21,201 bases of DNA from Chlamydiia bacterium (lineage in GTDB: Bacteria > Chlamydiota > Chlamydiia > Chlamydiales > JBMOFD01), in contig JBMOFD010000031.1 in NCBI GenBank assembly GCA_049314435.1, forward strand, positions 1 through 21,201. The letters are read 5' to 3'. The stretch's first letter is position 1, and every line of letters starts with the position of its first letter. This document shows, in pieces, positions 14,827 to 21,201 of this stretch. Under the pieces are notes generated by a model. The model had not been told where the DNA came from and did no database searches. It saw only the letters and a list, made by a program, of their open reading frames with translations. Made by a program: the position numbers and the translations under genes.

Positions 14827-16005
14827 CTACGCCATGCCAGCTCTTGCCTCGTCATCGGTCATCAGTCGCATGAATGTAGAATGCTCCCACTGGTGATCGG
14901 CGATCGCCATTGAAAAGGTCTGTTTCCGTGCGTCGGAGTAGGAGTAGCGCAGACCGACAAAAGGGACCTTGCGCTGGTGAGCCACTTCCCCGATCTCTCG
15001 CAAATGACTCTGCTTGTCGTTCGCGAAGGTCAGGCTCTCTGGTATCAAGCCCAGATGGTCCAGCCAATGGAAGAGCGCCTTACCTTTGTGGGTGCCACCG
15101 GTGAAGAGGATACCGTCACGGAATAGGACGCCATGGCGAGGATTCAGAAAATAGTGTTCCGATTTCGTGGGAGCCGATTTCGTGAGGTCGATGCCATGGC
15201 CAGCCAGCTGCCGGGAGGTGCAGGTGGCCAGTGTAAATCCTTGGGTGGTCAGGCCCATGATGCAGTGCCCAGCATCCTGCAGTGTGGCGATCACATCGGC
15301 CGTTTCCGGCTCGACCAGCTCCATATGGGAGACCATGCGAATGGCTTCCCATTGAGTGCGCGTTTTGACGAGAGCCTCTTCAAAGGATGCAGAGACCCGA
15401 TTCTGACGCTGCAGCTGTTGGTCGAACCACTCGTCGCTTCCAAGCATCTGCCGAGGGCGCAGGATGGTGTCATCGATGTCCAGGAGGACAAGAGTCCTCC
15501 GATCCACGTGTTTTGTCAGATCGGCAAAGTGGGACAATTCCAAGATCCGGTGCGTCACGGCTTCCGTCTTGAGAACAGTGGATTGCTGCTCTTCAGGCTG
15601 TCTGCTTGGCCCTGATGAAAATCCCCGACGGTGGCTCGGAACATAGCCAGCCGTCTGCTTCTGACTGGAGGCCACTAGAAGAGAGCGCATCTCCTCCATG
15701 ACGGAAGCGCGACCTACTGAACGGTCTCCCGCGCTCAGTCGTGAATCCCCTGATCTGGGGGTGCGCGGAGTGACCTGTTCCGTTCGAGACTGCAGAGAGA
15801 CGCCTGGGCCCTGGTCCATTTGCGTAGTGAGACACTGGGTCATCAACGACTCCGCTGAGTGGACTACCTCAGCGAGAACGCCAGGTCCTACATGAGTGCT
15901 CGTCAACCTGCTTACGATTCTTCCGCTCAAGTTGGCGGCCTGGATGCAACCCGCCTGCAGAACTTTGACAGTGGGAGGAACGAATCGGGCGATCAAAAGG
16001 CTCAA
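14827..16005 (-). CDS. DUF2608-like HAD-superfamily protein with ~150-aa low-complexity N-terminal extension (frame open to 16113)
   Basis: LVLLDIDDTIL..RQMLGSDEWF, GLTTQG, GILFTGGTHKGKAL, FANDKQSHL motifs. Likely start TTG at 16005, 8 nt after AGAGGAG. Confidence 0.8.
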   Translation of the reverse strand: MSLLIARFVPPTVKVLQAGCIQAANLSGRIVSRLTSTHVGPGVLAEVVHSAESLMTQCLTTQMDQGPGVSLQSRTEQVTPRTPRSGDSRLSAGDRSVGRASVMEEMRSLLVASSQKQTAGYVPSHRRGFSSGPSRQPEEQQSTVLKTEAVTHRILELSHFADLTKHVDRRTLVLLDIDDTILRPRQMLGSDEWFDQQLQRQNRVSASFEEALVKTRTQWEAIRMVSHMELVEPETADVIATLQDAGHCIMGLTTQGFTLATCTSRQLAGHGIDLTKSAPTKSEHYFLNPRHGVLFRDGILFTGGTHKGKALFHWLDHLGLIPESLTFANDKQSHLREIGEVAHQRKVPFVGLRYSYSDARKQTFSMAIADHQWEHSTFMRLMTDDEARAGMA

Positions 16006-16147
16006 TGACGGGACTCCTCTATGCCGGTGCGGGAATTTCTCTTGGCGAAGGAGGTTAGCAGTTATCGAGCGATCCCTCAGCCTGAAAAATAGGCAGCACG
16101 CAGACCATTCCATGGAGGTGACTGAAGGCGGTTTTCATGATCAGGTC

Positions 16148-16936
16148 CTAGACCTTACGGAGGCCCACGCTCAACAGAGTGACGCCAATCAACGTGCCAA
16201 GGAGCAGTCGCTGATGAACCAAGGGGGAGAGGGAGCGCGCCGCCTCACGGCATAGAAGCGCAGCTGGGATGCCGCCAATCAAGAGCAGTGACATCACCTG
16301 CCCATGTATGAGGGCCGCCTCCGCTAGTCCCCCTGAGCTGAACAGTGAGAAGCTCAGGCTACCGGCCATCAAACCGGTAAGAGTCACGACGCCAGCGACA
16401 TCCACAGCATTCTGAGACTTCATTCCCAGCAGTTGGAGGAGGGGAAGCAGGAGGATGGCGCCGCCAATCCCGACCGATCCGCCGATGACGACACAGAGGC
16501 AGGAGCAGGGGATGACCACCCAGAGGGTCGGCGATCGCTCGCGAGTCACGCCCCACTGGCAGCAAAATTGTAGGAAGAGGCCGGTGAGCAGGACGATCAG
16601 GTACCAGCGCTGTAGGTCTCCGTGACCAAAGGTGTTCACAATCTGAGGGATGATCAGACCCACTGCACCGCAGCAGAGCACCAAGTATTGGTCCTTCTTT
16701 TGAAAGAGTGGCTTGCCATGGCGCTGCTGTCCAAATTTGGTGGCCAAACTCAGAATAGCCAGCGTCGAAACCGAAGTGGCTACAAGGTCCTGCGCCGTAA
16801 CGGCCTGATGTTCTAGGTGGAACAATGCGGTGAGCGCCGGCAGCACCACCACGCCACCACCCATGCCGGTGAGGCCGCTGACCACCCCGCCTAGACCACC
16901 CACCAGCAAGCAAAGAAGACCTATGAGGAAGTACAT
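16148..16936 (-). CDS. TauE/SafE (TSUP) family sulfite/anion exporter
   Basis: Two repeats of the G..SGL.G.GGG / GG.VGIGG..L.LP.L motif, ATS motif, ~8 hydrophobic segments. ATG 16936 after GAGGT. Confidence 0.8.
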   Translation of the reverse strand: MYFLIGLLCLLVGGLGGVVSGLTGMGGGVVVLPALTALFHLEHQAVTAQDLVATSVSTLAILSLATKFGQQRHGKPLFQKKDQYLVLCCGAVGLIIPQIVNTFGHGDLQRWYLIVLLTGLFLQFCCQWGVTRERSPTLWVVIPCSCLCVVIGGSVGIGGAILLLPLLQLLGMKSQNAVDVAGVVTLTGLMAGSLSFSLFSSGGLAEAALIHGQVMSLLLIGGIPAALLCREAARSLSPLVHQRLLLGTLIGVTLLSVGLRKV

Positions 16937-17070
16937 ACGCGAGACCTCGATGACCTGGATGTTCATGCCAGGACGAGCCATGTTACGCAAGTCGATGGAT
17001 AGAAAATAGTTATTATGTGTGTAAATAGGGCGACTTTGACCGCAAAAAAGCGTTTTTGGCTAGTCATGTC

Positions 17071-17203
17071 GAGCCATTTGGGTGGAAATAGGCCGTCACT
17101 TGGACGTGTAGCCAATTCCCTTCTCTCGAGAGAGAACCACCCCAGATGAGGGTGAAAAGGCGGGGTCCCTGGCTACGAAAACGACCGGGGCTCTACGATA
17201 GAG
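17071..17203 (+). ncRNA. Candidate structured RNA / 5' leader upstream of lon
   Basis: Nested complementary segments: GTAGCCA/TGGCTAC encloses TTCTCT/AGAGAA and CACCC/GGGTG hairpins, with outer GAGCC/GGCTC. TTGACC lies at 17036. No known family recognised. Confidence 0.3.
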
Positions 17204-17224
17204 GGAAGATGATGAGGAGGCTAG

Positions 17225-19681
17225 GTGGACGCAGAGCAGGATCTAACAGGACTGGAGCAGACGATTGTCAAAGCGCTCGAGCAGGGGGATGAACCGCGCT
17301 TGAGCGACGGGCAGCCCAAGGACCTCTACGTTGTGCCTTTGTTGCGCCGGCCGTTTTTCCCAGGGATGGCCGCGCCTCTGGTCGTGGAACCAGGACCCTA
17401 TTACGACGTACTGAAGCAGGTAGCGAATACCTCGTCTAAAACTTTGGCGCTCTTTTTGACGAACAAAGAGGATCAGGACCTGAGTGGCCTCACTGGGTCT
17501 GACCTCTATCGGGTCGGGGTCATGGCCAGGATCCTCCGGATCCTGCCGATGCCGCAGGGTGGAGCTCAGGTGATCCTGAGCATGGAGAAGCGCGTTGAGA
17601 TCGAACGCTTCATGCGGACGAAAGCGCTCAAGGTGCGGGTGCGCTACCACCAGGAAGCGGCCGGTAAGCCTTCGAAGGAGATCAAAGCCTATGCGATCTC
17701 GATCCTCTCGACTATCAAAGAGCTGCTGACGCTCAACCCTCTCTTCAAAGAAGAGTTACAGGTCTTCCTTGGCCATTCCGATTTTACCGATCCCGGCCGC
17801 CTGGCCGATTTTGCGGTAGCGCTGACGACAGCTTCTAGAGAAGAGCTGCAGGATGTGCTGTCGACCTTTGACCTCCGCCAGAGGTTGGAGAAGGCACTCA
17901 TTCTTCTGAAGAAAGAGCTGGATATCAGTCGTTTGCAGAGCAGTATCAATCAGAAGATTGAGGGCTCGATCGTCAAGACGCAGAGGGAGTTCTTCCTTCG
18001 CGAGCAGCTCAAGACCATCAAGCGAGAGCTAGGTCTTGAGAAAGACGACAAGCAGGCTGACATCGATAGATTCCTCGCGCGGATGAAGGATAAGACCGCC
18101 TCTTCCGAGGTCTCTCGAGTGATCCGCGAAGAGGTCGACAAGCTTCAGGTGTTGGACCAAGCCTCATCGGAATATGCGGTAGCACGCAACTACCTAGATT
18201 GGCTCACTGTGATGCCTTGGGGCCAGACGACCCAGGATCAATACGACCTGAAGCATGCCGAAATGATCTTGGAGAGGGATCATTACGGTCTAGAAGATAT
18301 CAAGGAGCGGATCCTTGAGTTCATTAGTGTGGGTAAGCTTTCTGGTGGAACGAAGGGGAGCATCATCTGCCTCGTTGGGCCTCCTGGCGTAGGCAAGACA
18401 AGCATTGGCAAGTCGATTGCTGAGGCCCTGGGTCGGAAGTTCTACCGCTTTTCTGTCGGTGGTATGCGCGATGAGAGCGAGATCAAAGGCCATCGTAGGA
18501 CCTATGTTGGTGCTATGCCTGGTAAACTTGTTCAGGCGATGAAGGTGTGTCAGACGATGAATCCCGTGATCATGCTGGATGAGATCGACAAGCTGGCTCA
18601 GGGCATGCAGGGCGATCCAGCCTCAGCGCTCCTTGAGGTGCTGGACCCTGAGCAGAACAAAGATTTTCTGGATCACTATCTAGATGTTCCTGTGGATCTG
18701 AGTCAGGTGCTCTTCATTACCACGGCAAACGTCCTAGAGACCATTCCTGAGCCTCTGAAAGACCGTATGGACATCATGCGACTCTCTGGGTACATCCAGG
18801 AGGAGAAGGTGGAGATCGCAAAGCGCTATCTCATTCCTCGGGCAAGAAAAGACACGGGCCTAACGACCAAGCAGGTGATCATACAGCCCTCAGCGATCAA
18901 GGCGATGATCCACGGCTATGCTCGAGAAGCTGGTGTGCGTACCTTGGACAACACCATCCGTAAGGTGATGCGTAAGGTGGCGCTGGATACGGTGAAGTCG
19001 GAGCAGCGCCACAAACGGAAGAAGCCGAGGGAGGTCGAAAAGGTCTCCTCCACCAACCTAGAGCACTACCTAGGCAAGCCGATCTATACATCGGACCGGA
19101 TCTATGAGACGACACCAATTGGTGTGGTGACGGGGCTAGCATGGACGGCGCTAGGTGGAGCGATCCTCTATGTGGAGGCAGTGCGTGTGCCTGGCGACAA
19201 GCCATCTCTGAAGCTGACGGGTCAACTGGGCGAGGTGATCCGTGAGTCGGCGGAGATCGCCTGGACCTATGCTCATTCGAAGATCAATGAATATGCCCGA
19301 CAGGCGACCTGGTTCAAGGGCTATGAGGTGCACATGCACCTACCTGAGGGGAGTGTGCCAAAGGATGGGCCGTCGGCAGGGATTGCCATGATCACTGCGC
19401 TCATCTCCCTGTTGCTTGAGGAGCCGGTGCGCGAGGCTGTGAGCATGACGGGTGAGGTGACGTTGACCGGTAAGATCCTTCCTATTGGGGGGCTCAAGGA
19501 AAAGCTCATCGCCGCCCGTAGGGCGAACTGCACCATCCTTATCTTCCCGAAAGACAACCTTCGTGATTATGAGGAGTTGCCCGAATATCTCAAGGAAGGT
19601 CTTGACGTTCACTTCGTTGAGCAGTACGAAGAGGTCTATCGAATTGCGTTTGGGCGTAAGCCTGTGCGCCCACTTGTGTGA
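17225..19681 (+). CDS. lon: ATP-dependent Lon protease (endopeptidase La)
   Basis: GAGGAGG SD, GPPGVGKTS Walker A, IMLDEIDK Walker B, GHRRTYVGAMPG, PKDGPSAG catalytic Ser and GGLKEK Lys. Confidence 0.98.
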   Translation: MDAEQDLTGLEQTIVKALEQGDEPRLSDGQPKDLYVVPLLRRPFFPGMAAPLVVEPGPYYDVLKQVANTSSKTLALFLTNKEDQDLSGLTGSDLYRVGVMARILRILPMPQGGAQVILSMEKRVEIERFMRTKALKVRVRYHQEAAGKPSKEIKAYAISILSTIKELLTLNPLFKEELQVFLGHSDFTDPGRLADFAVALTTASREELQDVLSTFDLRQRLEKALILLKKELDISRLQSSINQKIEGSIVKTQREFFLREQLKTIKRELGLEKDDKQADIDRFLARMKDKTASSEVSRVIREEVDKLQVLDQASSEYAVARNYLDWLTVMPWGQTTQDQYDLKHAEMILERDHYGLEDIKERILEFISVGKLSGGTKGSIICLVGPPGVGKTSIGKSIAEALGRKFYRFSVGGMRDESEIKGHRRTYVGAMPGKLVQAMKVCQTMNPVIMLDEIDKLAQGMQGDPASALLEVLDPEQNKDFLDHYLDVPVDLSQVLFITTANVLETIPEPLKDRMDIMRLSGYIQEEKVEIAKRYLIPRARKDTGLTTKQVIIQPSAIKAMIHGYAREAGVRTLDNTIRKVMRKVALDTVKSEQRHKRKKPREVEKVSSTNLEHYLGKPIYTSDRIYETTPIGVVTGLAWTALGGAILYVEAVRVPGDKPSLKLTGQLGEVIRESAEIAWTYAHSKINEYARQATWFKGYEVHMHLPEGSVPKDGPSAGIAMITALISLLLEEPVREAVSMTGEVTLTGKILPIGGLKEKLIAARRANCTILIFPKDNLRDYEELPEYLKEGLDVHFVEQYEEVYRIAFGRKPVRPLV

Positions 19682-19684
19682 TGA

Positions 19685-20788
19685 ATGCGCTGGATCGGAT
19701 CTCTTCCAACTCTTGAACTGGGACAGCGCTTTGTGCGCTTTCTCGCGGCAGATGGCGTAGAAAGCGCTGCTGAAAAGAGCATGGAAGAGAACTGTCGCAT
19801 CTGGGTGATACGTGAGGAGGATGTGCCCAAGGCGCAAGCCGCCTTAGAGGAATATCGCGTTCGCCCAGATGATCCGATGTATATGGTGCAGGCGCCCATT
19901 CCTCCCCTACAGGACTTGGGCCCTGACAGCCTTCATGCGTCGCCGATTCGGTCGAGAGTGCCTTGGAGGCCGCTGACGATTTTTTTAGCCGGGCTCACGA
20001 TCTTCATTTTCCTGGTGCAACAATGGCAGGGGATGCACCTGCGTCAACGCTTCACGCCTCAGCAGATGGAATATGTCCAGCTCTTAACCCCGATCGAAAA
20101 GGAGTTCCTCATTCAGGTGCCAGAGGGGTTTGTGGCATTGGATGCGGTGATGGCTAAATCGAACTTGGAGACTCCCCCTTTAACCGAAGCAGAAGTCAGT
20201 ACCATCCTAGCGGGTCAGCCCTCCTATGTGGGCATATGGGGTTGGGCCAAGCAGGCTCTAGGGCTTGCGCCCCGTCTTGCCCCCTCGCCCTTTCTTCCTG
20301 AAGTGCGAGAAGGCGAGGTGTGGAGACTCTTTACGCCCGACCTCCTCCATGCTCACCTTTTACACATTGGGTTCAATCTTCTGTGGCTCTTCTACCTGGG
20401 TCGCCATGTTGAGCAACGACTGGGAAGTTGGAGGATGCTCGGGCTGATCTTGGTGGTGGGAGTCCTGTCGAACTTTGGGCAGTACCTCGTAAGCGGGCCG
20501 CTCTTCTATGGATTGAGTGGAGTCATCTGTGGATTGGGAGGCTTTGTTTGGTCTCGGCAGCGAGTGGCTCCGTGGGAAGGCTATCCGATTCCTTTAGCCA
20601 CGCTCCATTTTCTGGCCGGCTTTGTTCTTCTGATGGTGGTGGTGGAGTTCCTCCTTCTACTAGCCGAGCTGGTTCACGGGCCGTTCAGTCTTGGTTTTGG
20701 GATTGCCAATACAGCGCATATCATCGGGGGGCTGGCAGGGATCATACTCGGTCGGTTACCCTGTATGCGCAAACACGCCGTGTTGTAA
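19685..20788 (+). CDS. Rhomboid intramembrane serine protease, GlpG-like with N-terminal soluble domain
   Basis: GEVWRLFTP..LH, HIGFN, GLSGV catalytic Ser, ANTAHIIGG catalytic His. Starts 3 nt after the lon stop. Confidence 0.93.
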   Translation: MRWIGSLPTLELGQRFVRFLAADGVESAAEKSMEENCRIWVIREEDVPKAQAALEEYRVRPDDPMYMVQAPIPPLQDLGPDSLHASPIRSRVPWRPLTIFLAGLTIFIFLVQQWQGMHLRQRFTPQQMEYVQLLTPIEKEFLIQVPEGFVALDAVMAKSNLETPPLTEAEVSTILAGQPSYVGIWGWAKQALGLAPRLAPSPFLPEVREGEVWRLFTPDLLHAHLLHIGFNLLWLFYLGRHVEQRLGSWRMLGLILVVGVLSNFGQYLVSGPLFYGLSGVICGLGGFVWSRQRVAPWEGYPIPLATLHFLAGFVLLMVVVEFLLLLAELVHGPFSLGFGIANTAHIIGGLAGIILGRLPCMRKHAVL

Positions 20789-20861
20789 GTCCTCGTAGCT
20801 CAGTGGATAGAGCGGTCGCCTCCTAAGCGACAGGCCGCGGGTCCGACTCCCGCCGAGGGCA
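20789..20861 (+). tRNA. tRNA-Arg (anticodon CCU); CCA not encoded
   Basis: Acceptor GTCCTCG/CGAGGGC, D arm GCTC/GAGC with GG-A20, anticodon arm GTCGC-CTCCTAA-GCGAC, T arm GCGGG-TCCGACT-CCCGC. Confidence 0.92.
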
Positions 20862-20948
20862 ACTCTTTAGTTTTTTGAATTCCAGCTTTCTCCGAAATCG
20901 GACTCCTACTATACCGACGTTAGTGTGGGTCTGAGCTGGGTGAGTGGA

Positions 20949-21164
20949 ATGAAGGTCAATCCGGGAGCATCACCGCCAGAAAACAAACCAGGTGGCTCTC
21001 CATCTGGAGTGCCCAGCCGAGAAGCTAACTTGGCAAGCGAGATCCTGAAGCATCCATTGGAGCCGACTGGGGATGCGTCCCAGCGCCTAAAGGCAAGAGC
21101 GAAGATCATGGACGCCGAACAAGGGATGGAGGTTGACGAAGACATACCGCTCCTAAAAACCTAA
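20949..21164 (+). CDS. Small hypothetical protein (71 aa), Pro/Ser/Gly-rich N-terminus, acidic dileucine C-terminus
   Basis: Open frame 20925..21164, ATG 20949 after a purine-rich stretch, followed by AT-rich intergenic DNA. Short, so coding status is uncertain. Confidence 0.4.
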   Translation: MKVNPGASPPENKPGGSPSGVPSREANLASEILKHPLEPTGDASQRLKARAKIMDAEQGMEVDEDIPLLKT

Positions 21165-21201
21165 TCAAACCTATACATCGCAATAAGCAATATTTGGATT
21201 T

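Noticed and set aside
17143..17158. cagatgag...gaaa resembling a hammerhead ribozyme core
   Set aside because: The core should be CUGANGA, and there is no stem II between the two motifs.
9944..20826. Many 60-165 aa alternative-frame and antisense ORFs within the ATPase, dnaJ, DUF2608, lon and rhomboid genes
   Set aside because: Expected by-products of GC-rich coding DNA, with no motifs and full overlap with well-supported genes.
20840..20861. tRNA 3' end as an integration site
   Set aside because: No duplicate of the tRNA 3' end and no integrase seen inside this window; sequence beyond the right edge cannot be judged.

Overview
The window looks like chromosome from an unusually GC-rich member of the Chlamydiae. 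This assignment rests on the dnaJ-rpsU-tsaB...lon gene order, a chlamydial-type bS21, two DUF2608-like HAD genes and two Inc-like genes; it is inferred, not searched. The left ~10 kb is accessory. It opens with the 3' end of a polymorphic toxin gene that enters from outside the window. The toxin has a Hint/intein-like C-terminal motif ending in HN (partly missed by the ORF track), a hydrophobic segment, a linker and a His-containing tip. Next come two ~83%-identical tandem candidate immunity genes and an unlisted 57-aa HI1420-type antitoxin fragment lacking its HTH. A run of candidate host-directed proteins follows: a membrane-anchored lipase, two Ser-rich orphans, a HIT hydrolase with a signal peptide, an exported DUF2608 and two IncA-like proteins. 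The right half is mostly housekeeping: P1B-5-type metal ATPase, atypical SDR, dnaJ, rpsU, tsaB, a second DUF2608 with a presequence-like extension, TauE/SafE permease, lon with a structured leader, rhomboid protease, tRNA-Arg(CCU) with a non-canonical T-loop, and a small ORF ending in an acidic dileucine motif. I saw no CRISPR array, transposase or integrase. All family calls are from motif recognition by eye.
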